64,000 nucleotides of DNA from the human T2T-CHM13v2.0 reference genome, Homo sapiens: the NCBI RefSeq assembly GCF_009914755.1, contig NC_060936.1, one strand, 5' to 3'. Shown in pieces: positions 26,501-39,000 of this stretch; the stretch's first letter is position 1; each line of letters starts with the position of its first letter. Under the pieces are notes generated by a model. The model was not told where the DNA came from, made no database searches, and was given only the letters and a program-made list of their open reading frames with translations. The position numbers and the translations under genes were made by a program.

Positions 26501-29500
26501 TCTACATTTGGCCTAAAAGCGCTTGAAATCTCCACCTGCAAATATCACAAAAAGAGGGTTTCACATCTGCTCTGTCTAAAGGACAGTTCACCTCTGTGAG
26601 TTGAATAGAGGCAACACAAAGAACTTACTCAGTATTCTTCTTTCTAGCATTCTATGAAGAAATCCCGTTTCCAACGAAGGCCCCAAAGAGGTCCAAATAT
26701 CTGCTTGCAGACTTTACAGACAGAGTTTTTCCAAACTGCTCCATCAAAAGAAAGGTTAAACTCCTTGAGTTGAACACACACATCACAAAGTAGTTTCTGT
26801 GAATGATTCTGTCTAGTTTTTATAAGAAGATGTTTCCTTTTCTACCTTTGGTCTCAAAGCGATTGAAATCTCCACATGGAAACTCCACAAAAAGAGTGTT
26901 TCAAATCTGCTCTTTCTGAAGGAAGGTTCAACTCTGTGAGTTGAATACACACACCACAAATAAGTTACTGAGAATTCTTCTGTGTAACATTATATGAGGA
27001 AATCCCGTTTCCAACGAAGGCCTCAAAGAGGTCCAAATATCCACTTGCAGACTTTACAAAGACAGTGTCTCCAAACTCCTCCATCAAAAGAAAGGTTATA
27101 CTCTGTGAATTGAACGCACACATCACAAAGTAGTTTCTGAGAATGATTCTGTCTAGTTTTTATACGAAGATATTTCCTTTTCTACATTTGGCCTAAAAGC
27201 GCTTGAAATCTCCACCTGCAAATATCACAAAAAGAGGGTTTCGCATCTGCTCTGTCTAAAGGACAGTTCACCTCTGTGAGTTGAATAGAGGCAACACAAA
27301 GAACTTACTCAGTATTCTTCTTTCTAGCGTTCTATGAAGAAATCCCGTTTCCAACGAAGGCCTCAAAGAGGTCAAATATCTGCTTGCAGACTTTACAGAC
27401 AGAGTGTTTCCAAACTACTCTATGAAAAGAAAGCTTAAACTCCTTGAGTTGAACGCACACATCACAAAGTAGTTTCTGAGAATGATTCTGTCTAGTTTTT
27501 ATACGAAGATGTTTCCCTTTCTACATTTGGTCTCAAAGCGATTGAAATCTCCAACTGCAAACTGCACAAATAGGCTGTTTCAAATCTGCTCTGTCTAAAG
27601 GAAGGTTCAACTCTGTGAGTTGAATACACACACCACAAATAAGTTACTGAGAATTCTTCTGTCGAACATTACAGGAAGAAATCCCGTTTCCAACGAAGGC
27701 CTCAAAGAGGTCCAAATATCCACTTGCAGACATTACAAACAGTGTGTTTCCCAACTGCTCCATCAAAAGAAAGGTTAAACTCTGTGAGCTGAACACACAC
27801 ATCAAAAAGAAGTTTCTGTGAATGATTCTGTCTAGATTTTATAAGAAGATGTTTCCTTTTCTACCGTAGGCCTCAAAGCGCTTGAAATCTCCAGCTGCAA
27901 ATTACACAAAAAGGGTGTTTAACATCTGCTCTTCTAAAGGAAAGTTCAACTCTATGAGTTGATTACACACAGCACAAAGAAGTTACTGAGACTTCTCCTA
28001 TCAAACATTATATGAAGAAATCCCGTTTCCAACGAAGGCCTCAAAGAGGTCCAAATATCTGCTTGCAGACTTTACAGACAGTGTGTTTCCAAACTGCTCC
28101 ATCAAAAGAAAGGTTAAACTCCTTGAGTTGAACACACACATCACAAAGTAGTTTCTGTGAATGATTCTGTCTAGTTTTTATACGAAGATGTTTGCTTTTG
28201 TACCTTTGGCCTCAAAGCGATTGAAATCTCCACATGGAAACTCCACAAAAAGAGTGTTTCAAATCTGCTCTTTCTGAAGGAAGGTTCAACTCTGTGAGTT
28301 GAATACACACACCACAAATAAGTTACTGAGAATTCTTCTGTGTAACATTATATGAGGAAATCCCGTTTCCAACGAAGGCCTCAAAGAGGTCCAAATATCC
28401 ACTTGCAGACTTTACAAAGACAGTGTCTCCAAACTCCTCCATCAAAAGAAAGGTTATACTCTGTGAATTGAACGCACACATCACAAAGTAGTTTCTGAGA
28501 ATGATTCTGTCTAGTTTTTATACGAAGATATTTCCTTTTCTACATTTGGCCTAAAAGCGCTTGAAATCTCCACCTGCAAATATCACAAAAAGAGGGTTTC
28601 ACATCTGCTCTGTCTAAAGGACAGTTCACCTCTGTGAGTTGAATAGAGGCAACACAAAGAACTTACTCAGTATTCTTCTTTCTAGCATTCTATGAAGAAA
28701 TCCCATTTCCAACGAAGGCCCCAAAGAGGTCCAAATATCTGCCTGCAGACTTTACAGACAGAGTTTTTCCAAACTGCTCCATCAAAAGAAAGGTTAAACT
28801 CCTTGAGTTGAACACACACATCACAAAGTAGTTTCTGTGAATGATTCTGTCTAGTTTTTATACGAAGATGTTTCCTTTTCTACCTTTGGTCTCAAAGCGA
28901 TTGAAATCTCCACATGGAAACTCCACAAAAAGAGTGTTTCAAATCTGCTCTTTCTTAAGGAAGGTTCAACTCTGTGAGTTGAATACACACACCACAAATA
29001 AGTTACTGAGAATTCTTCTGTGTAACATTATATGAGGAAATCCCGTTTCCAACGAAGGCCTCAAAGAGGTCCAAATATCCACTTGCAGACTTTACAAAGA
29101 CAGTGTCTCCAAACTCCTCCATCAAAAGAAAGGTTATACTCTGTGAATTGAACGCACACATCACAAAGTAGTTTCTGAGAATGATTCTGTCTAGTTTTTA
29201 TACGAAGATATTTCCTTTTCTATATTTGGCCTAAAAGCGCTTGAAATCTCCACCTGCAAATATCACAAAAAGAGGGTTTCACATCTGCTCTGTCTAAAGG
29301 ACAGTTCACCTCTGTGAGTTGAATAGAGGCAACACAAAGAACTTACTCAGTATTCTTCTTTCTAGCGTTATATGAAGAAATCCCGTTTCCAACGAAGGCC
29401 TCAAAGAGGTCAAATATCTGCTTGCAGACTTTACAGACAGAGTGTTTCCAAACTACTCTATGAAAAGAAAGCTTAAACTCCTTGAGTTGAACGCACACAT

Positions 29501-30564
29501 CACAAAGTAGTTTCTGAGAATGATTCTGTCTAGTTTTTATACGAAGATGTTTCCTTTTCTACATTTGGTCTCAAAGCGATTGAAATCTCCAACTGGAAAC
29601 TGCACAAATAGGCTGTTTCAAATCTGCTCTGTCTAAAGGAAGGTTCAGCTCTGTGAGTTGAATACACACACCACAAATAAGTTACTGAGAATTCTTCTGT
29701 CGAACATTACTTGAAGAAATCCCGTTTCCAACGAAGGCCTCAAAGAGGTCCAAATATCCACTTGCAGACATTACAAACAGAGTGTTTCCAAACTGCTCCA
29801 TCAAAAGAAAGGTTAAACTCTGTGAGCTGAACACACACATCAAAAAGAAGTTTCTGTGAATGATTCTGTCTAGATTTTATAAGAAGATGTTTCCTTTTCT
29901 ACCGTAGGCCTCAAAGCGCTTGAAATCTCCAGCTGCAAATTCCACAAAAAGGGTGTTTAACATCTGCTCTTCTAAAGGAAAGTTCAACTCTATGAGTTGA
30001 ATACACACAGCACAAAGAAGTTACTGAGACTTCTCCTATCAAACATTATATGAAGAAATCCCGTTTCCAACGAAGGCCTCAAAGAGGTCCAAATATCTGC
30101 TTGCAGACTTTACAGACAGAGTGTTTCCAAACTGCTCCATCAAAAGAAAGGTTAAACTCCTTGAGTTGAACACACACATCACAAAGTAGTTTCTGTGAAT
30201 GATTCTGTCTAGTTTTTATACGAAGATGTTTCCTTTTCTACCTTTGGTCTCAAAGCGATTGAAATCTCCACATGGAAACTCCACCAAAAGAGTGTTTCAA
30301 ATCTGCTCTCTCTGAAGGAAGGTTCAACTCTGTGAGTTGAATACAGACACCACAAATAAGTTACTGAGAATTCTTCTGTGTAACATTATATGAGGAAATC
30401 CCGTTTCCAACGAAGGCCTCAAAGAGGTCCAAATATCCACTTGCAGACTTTACAAAGACAGTGTCTCCAAATTCCTCCATCAAAAGAAAGGTTATACTCT
30501 GTGAATTGAACGCACACATCACAAAGTAGTTTCTGAGAATGATTCTGTCTAGTTTTTATACGAA
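11547..30564 (-). repeat. Super-HOR duplication: (8+8+4+8+4+8) x2 at a 6792-bp period (11547-18338, 18339-25130), plus a third 5434-bp copy (25131-30564)
   Basis: The same ordered set of variant units recurs: a ttccagc/ttagagg 8-mer, an ataag 4-mer, an actgcaaactg/gttgattac 8-mer, a cccattt/cttaag 4-mer, and a ctatattt/gcgttata 8-mer. The ORF-track offsets 16615 to 23407 (6792) and 23407 to 28841 (5434) match. Confidence 0.88.
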
Positions 30565-33500
30565 GATATTTCCTTTTCTACATTTGGCCTAAAAGCGCTT
30601 GAAATCTCCACCTGCAAATATCACAAAAAGAGGGTTTCACATCTGCTCTGTCTAAAGGACAGTTCACTTCTGTGAGTTGAATAGAGGCAACACAAAGAAC
30701 TTACTCAGTATTCTTCTTTCTAGCGTTCTATGAAGAAATCCCGTTTCCAACGAAGGCCTCAAAGAGGTCAAATATCTGCTTGCAGACTTTACAGACAGAG
30801 TGTTTCCAAACTACTCTATGAAAAGAAAGCTTAAACTCCTTGAGTTGAACGCACACATCACAAAGTAGTTTCTGAGAATGATTCTGTCTAGTTTTTATAC
30901 GAAGATGTTTCCCTTTCTACATTTGGTCTCAAAGCGATTGAAATCTCCAACTGGAAACTGCACAAATAGGCTGTTTCAAATCTGCTCTGTCTAAAGGAAG
31001 GTTCAACTCTGTGAGTTGAATACACACACCACAAATAAGTTACTGAGAATTCTTCTGTCGAACATTACAGGAAGAAATCCCGTTTCCAACGAAGGCCTCA
31101 AAGAGGTCCAAATATCCACTTGCAGACATTACAAACAGAGTGTTTCCCAACTGCTCCATCAAAAGAAAGGTTAAACTCTGTGAGCTGAACACATACATCA
31201 AAAAGAAGTTTCTGTGAATGATTCTGTCTAGATTTTATAAGAAGATGTTTCCTTTTCTACCGTAGGCCTCAAAGCGCTTGAAATCTCCAGCTGCAAATTA
31301 CACAAAAAGGGTGTTTAACATCTGCTCTTCTAAAGGAAAGTTCAACTCTATGAGTTGATTACACACAGCACAAAGAAGTTACTGAGACTTCTCCTATCAA
31401 ACATTATATGAAGAAATCCCGTTTCCAACGAAGGCCTCAAAGAGGTCCAAATATCTGCTTGCAGACTTTACAGACAGTGTGTTTCCAAACTGCTCCATCA
31501 AAAGAAAGGTTAAACTCCTTGAGTTGAACACACACATCACAAAGTAGTTTCTGTGAATGATTCTGTCTAGTTTTTATACGAAGATGTTTGCTTTTCTACC
31601 TTTGGCCTCAAAGCGATTGAAATCTCCACATGGAAACTCCACAAAAAGAGTGTTTCAAATCTGCTCTTTCTGAAGGAAGGTTCAACTCTGTGAGTTGAAT
31701 ACACACACCACAAATAAGTTACTGAGAATTCTTCTGTGTAACATTATATGAGGAAATCCCGTTTCCAACGAAGGCCTCAAAGAGGTCCAAATATCCACTT
31801 GCAGACTTTACAAAGACAGTGTCTCCAAACTCCTCCATCAAAAGAAAGGTTATACTCTGTGAATTGAACGCACACATCACAAAGTAGTTTCTGAGAATGA
31901 TTCTGTCTAGTTTTTATACGAAGATATTTCCTTTTCTACATTTGGCCTAAAAGCGCTTGAAATCTCCAACTGCAAATATCACAAAAAGAGGGTTTCACAT
32001 CTGCTCTGTCTAAAGGACAGTTCACCTCTGTGAGTTGAATAGAGGCAACACAAAGAACTTACTCAGTATTCTTCTTTCTAGCATTCTATGAAGAAATCCC
32101 ATTTCCAACGAAGGCCCCAAAGAGGTCCAAATATCTGCTTGCAGATTTTACAGACAGAGTTTTTCCAAACTGCTCCATCAAAAGAAAGGTTAAACTCCTT
32201 GAGTTGAACACACACATCACAAAGTAGTTTCTGTGAATGATTCTGTCTAGTTTTTATACGAAGATGTTTCCTTTTCTACCTTTGGTCTCAAAGCGATTGA
32301 AATCTCCACATGGAAACTCCACAAAAAGAGTGTTTCAAATCTGCTCTTTCTGAAGGAAGGTTCAACTCTGTGAGTTGAATACACACACCACAAATAAGTT
32401 ACTGAGAATTCTTCTGTGTAACATTATATGAGGAAATCCCGTTTCCAACGAAGGCCTCAAAGAGGTCCAAATATCCACTTGCAGACTTTACAAAGACAGT
32501 GTCTCCAAACTCCTCCATCAAAAGAAAGGTTATACTCTGTGAATTGAACGCACACATCACAAAGTAGTTTCTGAGAATGATTCTGTCTAGTTTTTATACG
32601 AAGATATTTCCTTTTCTATATTTGGCCTAAAAGCGCTTGAAATCTCCACCTGCAAATATCACAAAAAGAGGGTTTCACATCTGCTCTGTCTAAAGGACAG
32701 TTCACCTCTGTGAGTTGAATAGAGGCAACACAAAGAACTTACTCAGTATTCTTCTTTCTAGCGTTATATGAAGAAATCCCGTTTCCAACGAAGGCCTCAA
32801 AGAGGTCAAATATCTGCTTGCAGACTTTACAGACAGAGTGTTTCCAAACTACTCTATGAAAAGAAAGCTTAAACTCCTTGAGTTGAACGCGCACATCACA
32901 AAGTAGTTTCTGAGAATGATTCTGTCTAGTTTTTATACGAAGATGTTTCCTTTTCTACATTTGGTCTCAAAGCGATTGAAATCTCCAACTGGAAACTGCA
33001 CAAATAGGCTGTTTCAAATCTGCTCTGTCTAAAGGAAGGTTCAACTCTGTGAGTTGAATACACACACCACAAATAAGTTACTGAGAATTCTTCTGTCGAA
33101 CATTACAGGAAGAAATCCCGTTTCCAACGAAGGCCTCAAAGAGGTCCAAATATCCACTTGCAGACATTACAAACAGTGTGTTTCCCAACTGCTCCATCAA
33201 AAGAAAGGTTAAACTCTGTGAGCTGAACACACACATCAAAAAGAAGTTTCTGTGAATGATTCTGTCTAGATTTTATAAGAAGATGTTTCCTTTTCTACCG
33301 TAGGCCTCAAAGCGCTTGAAATCTCCAGCTGCAAATTCCACAAAAAGGGTGTTTAACATCTGCTCTTCTAAAGGAAAGTTCAACTCTATGAGTTGAATAC
33401 ACACAGCACAAAGAAGTTACTGAGACTTCTCCTATCAAACATTATATGAAGAAATCCCGTTTCCAACGAAGGCCTCAAAGAGGTCCAAATATCTGCTTGC

Positions 33501-36099
33501 AGACTTTACAGACAGAGTGTTTCCAAACTGCTCCATCAAAAGAAAGGTTAAACTCCTTGAGTTGAACACACACATCACAAAGTAGTTTCTGTGAATGATT
33601 CTGTCTAGTTTTTATACGAAGATGTTTCCTTTTCTACCTTTGGTCTCAAAGCGATTGAAATCTCCACAGGGAAACTCCACAAAAAGAGTGTTTCAAATCT
33701 GCTCTTTCTGAAGGAAGGTTCAACTCTGTGAGTTGAATACACACACCACAAATAAGTTACTGAGAATTCTTCTGTGTAACATTATATGAGGAAATCCCAT
33801 TTCCAACGAAGGCCTCAAAGAGGTCCAAATATCCACTTGCAGACTTTACAAAGACAGTGTCTCCAAACTCCTCCATCAAAAGAAAGGTTATACTCTGTGA
33901 ATTGAACGCACACATCACAAAGTAGTTTCTGAGAATGATTCTGTCTAGTTTTTATACGAAGATATTTCCTTTTCTACATTTGGCCTAAAAGCGCTTGAAA
34001 TCTCCACCTGCAAATATCACCAAAAGAGGGTTTCACATCTGCTCTGTCTAAAGGACAGTTCACCTCTGTGAATTGAATAGAGGCAACACAAAGAACTTAC
34101 TCAGTATTCTTCTTTCTAGCATTCTATGAAGAAATCCCGTTTCCAACGAAGGCCCCAAAGAGGTCCAAATATGTGCTTGCAGACTTTACAGACAGAGTTT
34201 TTCCAAACTGCTCCATCAAAAGAAAGGTTAAACTCCTTGAGTTGAACACACACATCACAAAGTAGTTTCTGTGAATGATTCTGTCTAGTTTTTATACGAA
34301 GATGTTTCCTTTTCTACCTTTGGTCTCAAAGCGATTGAAATCTCCACATGGAAACTCCACAAAAAGAGTGTTTCAAATCTGCTCTTTCTGAAGGAAGGTT
34401 CAACTCTGTGAGTTGAATACACACACCACAAATAAGTTACTGAGAATTCTTCTGTGTAACATTATATGAGGAAATCACGTTTCCAACGAAGGCCTCAAAG
34501 AGGTCCAAATATCCACTTGCAGACTTTACAAAGACAGTGTCTCCAAACTCCTCCATCAAAAGAAAGGTTATACTCTGTGAATTGAACGCACACATCACAA
34601 AGTAGTTTCTGAGAATGATTCTGTCTAGTTTTTATACGAAGATATTTCCTTTTCTACATTTGGCCTAAAAGCGCTTGAAATCTCCACCTGCAAATATCAC
34701 AAAAAGAGGGTTTCACATCTGCTCTGTCTAAAGGACAGTTCACCTCTGTGAGTTGAATAGAGGCAACACAAAGAACTTACTCAGTATTCTTCTTTCTAGC
34801 GTTCTATGAAGAAATCCCGTTTCCAACGAAGGCCTCAAAGAGGTCAAATATCTGCTTGCAGACTTTACAGACAGAGTGTTTCCAAACTACTCTATGAAAA
34901 GAAAGCTTAAACTCCTTGAGTTGAACGCACACATCACAAAGTAGTTTCTGAGAATTATTCTGTCTAGTTTTTATACGAAGATGTTTCCCTTTCTACATTT
35001 GGTCTCAAAGCGATTGAAATCTCCAACTGGAAACTGCACAAATAGGCTGTTTCAAATCTGCTCTGTCTAAAGGAAGGTTCAACTCTGTGAGTTGAATACA
35101 CACACCACAAATAAGTTACTGAGAATTCTTCTGTCGAACATTACAGGAAGAAATCCCGTTTCCAACGAAGGCCTCAAAGAGGTCCAAATATCCTCTTGCA
35201 GACATTACAAACAGTGTGTTTCCCAACTGCTCCATCAAAAGAAAGGTTAAACTCTGTGAGCTGAACACACACATCAAAAAGAAGTTTCTGTGAATGATTC
35301 TGTCTAGATTTTATAAGAAGATGTTTCCTTTTCTACCGTAGGCCTCAAAGCGCTTGAAATCTCCAGCTGCAAATTACACAAAAAGGGTGTTTAACATCTG
35401 CTCTTCTAAAGGAAAGTTCAACTCTATGAGTTGAATACACACAGCACAAAGAAGTTACTGAGACTTCTCCTATCAAACATTATATGAAGAAATCCCGTTT
35501 CCAACGAAGGCCTCAAAGAGGTCCAAATATCTGCTTGCAGACTTTACAGACAGAGTGTTTCCAAACTGCTCCATCAAAAGAAAGGTTAAACTCCTTGAGT
35601 TGAACACACACATCACAAAGTAGTTTCTGTGAATGATTCTGTCTAGTTTTTATACGAAGATGTTTCCTTTTCTACCTTTGGTCTCAAAGCGATTGAAATC
35701 TCCACAGGGAAACTCCACAAAAAGAGTGTTTCAAATCTGCTCTTTCTGAAGGAAGGTTCAACTCTGTGAGTTGAATACACACACCACAAATAAGTTACTG
35801 AGAATTCTTCTGTGTAACATTATATGAGGAAATCCCATTTCCAACGAAGGCCTCAAAGAGGTCCAAATATCCACTTGCAGACTTTACAAAGACAGTGTCT
35901 CCAAACTCCTCCATCAAAAGAAAGGTTATACTCTGTGAATTGAACGCACACATCACAAAGTAGTTTCTGAGAATGATTCTGTCTAGTTTTTATACGAAGA
36001 TATTTCCTTTTCTACATTTGGCCTAAAAGCGCTTGAAATCTCCACCTGCAAATATCACCAAAAGAGGGTTTCACATCTGCTCTGTCTAAAGGACAGTTC

Positions 36100-39000
36100 A
36101 CCTCTGTGAGTTGAATAGAGGCAACACAAAGAACTTACTCAGTATTCTTCTTTCTAGCATTCTATGAAGAAATCCCGTTTCCAACGAAGGCCCCAAAGAG
36201 GTCCAAATATCTGCTTGCAGACTTTACAGACAGAGTTTTTCCAAACTGCTCCATCAAAAGAAAGGTTAAACTCCTTGAGTTGAACACACACATCACAAAG
36301 TAGTTTCTGTGAATGATTCTGTCTAGTTTTTATAAGAAGATGTTTCCTTTTCTACCTTTGGTCTCAAAGCGATTGAAATCTCCACATGGAAACTCCACAA
36401 AAAGAGTGTTTCAAATCTGCTCTTTCTGAAGGAAGGTTCAACTCTGTGAGTTGAATACACACACCACAAATAAGTTACTGAGAATTCTTCTGTGTAACAT
36501 TATATGAGGAAATCCCGTTTCCAACGAAGGCCTCAAAGAGGTCCAAATATCCACTTGCAGACTTTACAAAGACAGTGTCTCCAAACTCCTCCATCAAAAG
36601 AAAGGTTATACTCTGTGAATTGAACGCACACATCACAAAGTAGTTTCTGAGAATGATTCTGTCTAGTTTTTATACGAAGATATTTCCTTTTCTACATTTG
36701 GCCTAAAAGCGCTTGAAATCTCCACCTGCAAATATCACAAAAAGAGGGTTTCGCATCTGCTCTGTCTAAAGGACAGTTCACCTCTGTGAGTTGAACAGAG
36801 GCAACACAAAGAACTTACTCAGTATTCTTCTTTCTAGCGTTCTATGAAGAAATCCCGTTTCCAACGAAGGCCTCAAAGAGGTCAAATATCTGCTTGCAGA
36901 CTTTACAGACAGAGTGTTTCCAAACTACTCTATGAAAAGAAAGCTTAAACTCCTTGAGTTGAACGCACACATCACAAAGTAGTTTCTGAGAATGATTCTG
37001 TCTAGTTTTTATACGAAGATGTTTCCCTTTCTACATTTGGTCTCAAAGCGATTGAAATCTCCAACTGCAAACTGCACAAATAGGCTGTTTCAAATCTGCT
37101 CTGTCTAAAGGAAGGTTCAACTCTGTGAGTTGAATACACACACCACAAATAAGTTACTGAGAATTCTTCTGTCGAACATTACAGGAAGAAATCCCGTTTC
37201 CAACGAAGGCCTCAAAGAGGTCCAAATATCCACTTGCAGACATTACAAACAGTGTGTTTCCCAACTGCTCCATCAAAAGAAAGGTTAAACTCTGTGAGCT
37301 GAACACACACATCAAAAAGAAGTTTCTGTGAATGATTCTGTCTAGATTTTATAAGAAGATGTTTCCTTTTCTACCGTAGGCCTCAAAGCGCTTGAAATCT
37401 CCAGCTGCAAATTACACAAAAAGGGTGTTTAACATCTGCTCTTCTAAAGGAAAGTTCAACTCTATGAGTTGATTACACACAGCACAAAGAAGTTACTGAG
37501 ACTTCTCCTATCAAACATTATATGAAGAAATCCCGTTTCCAACGAAGGCCTCAAAGAGGTCCAAATATCTGCTTGCAGACTTTACAGACAGTGTGTTTCC
37601 AAACTGCTCCATCAAAAGAAAGGTTAAACTCCTTGAGTTGAACACACACATCACAAAGTAGTTTCTGTGAATGATTCTGTCTAGTTTTTATACGAAGATG
37701 TTTGCTTTTGTACCTTTGGCCTCAAAGCGATTGAAATCTCCACATGGAAACTCCACAAAAAGAGTGTTTCAAATCTGCTCTTTCTGAAGGAAGGTTCAAC
37801 TCTGTGAGTTGAATACACACACCACAAATAAGTTACTGAGAATTCTTCTGTGTAACATTATATGAGGAAATCCCGTTTCCAACGAAGGCCTCAAAGAGGT
37901 CCAAATATCCACTTGCAGACTTTACAAAGACAGTGTCTCCAAACTCCTCCATCAAAAGAAAGGTTATACTCTGTGAATTGAACGCACACATCACAAAGTA
38001 GTTTCTGAGAATGATTCTGTCTAGTTTTTATACGAAGATATTTCCTTTTCTACATTTGGCCTAAAAGCGCTTGAAATCTCCACCTGCAAATATCACAAAA
38101 AGAGGGTTTCACATCTGCTCTGTCTAAAGGACAGTTCACCTCTGTGAGTTGAATAGAGGCAACACAAAGAACTTACTCAGTATTCTTCTTTCTAGCATTC
38201 TATGAAGAAATCCCATTTCCAACGAAGGCCCCAAAGAGGTCCAAATATCTGCCTGCAGACTTTACAGACAGAGTTTTTCCAAACTGCTCCATCAAAAGAA
38301 AGGTTAAACTCCTTGAGTTGAACACACACATCACAAAGTAGTTTCTGTGAATGATTCTGTCTAGTTTTTATACGAAGATGTTTCCTTTTCTACCTTTGGT
38401 CTCAAAGCGATTGAAATCTCCACATGGAAACTCCACAAAAAGAGTGTTTCAAATCTGCTCTTTCTTAAGGAAGGTTCAACTCTGTGAGTTGAATACACAC
38501 ACCACAAATAAGTTACTGAGAATTCTTCTGTGTAACATTATATGAGGAAATCCCGTTTCCAACGAAGGCCTCAAAGAGGTCCAAATATCCACTTGCAGAC
38601 TTTACAAAGACAGTGTCTCCAAACTCCTCCATCAAAAGAAAGGTTATACTCTGTGAATTGAACGCACACATCACAAAGTAGTTTCTGAGAATGATTCTGT
38701 CTAGTTTTTATACGAAGATATTTCCTTTTCTATATTTGGCCTAAAAGCGCTTGAAATCTCCACCTGCAAATATCACAAAAAGAGGGTTTCACATCTGCTC
38801 TGTCTAAAGGACAGTTCACCTCTGTGAGTTGAATAGAGGCAACACAAAGAACTTACTCAGTATTCTTCTTTCTAGCGTTATATGAAGAAATCCCGTTTCC
38901 AACGAAGGCCTCAAAGAGGTCAAATATCTGCTTGCAGACTTTACAGACAGAGTGTTTCCAAACTACTCTATGAAAAGAAAGCTTAAACTCCTTGAGTTGA

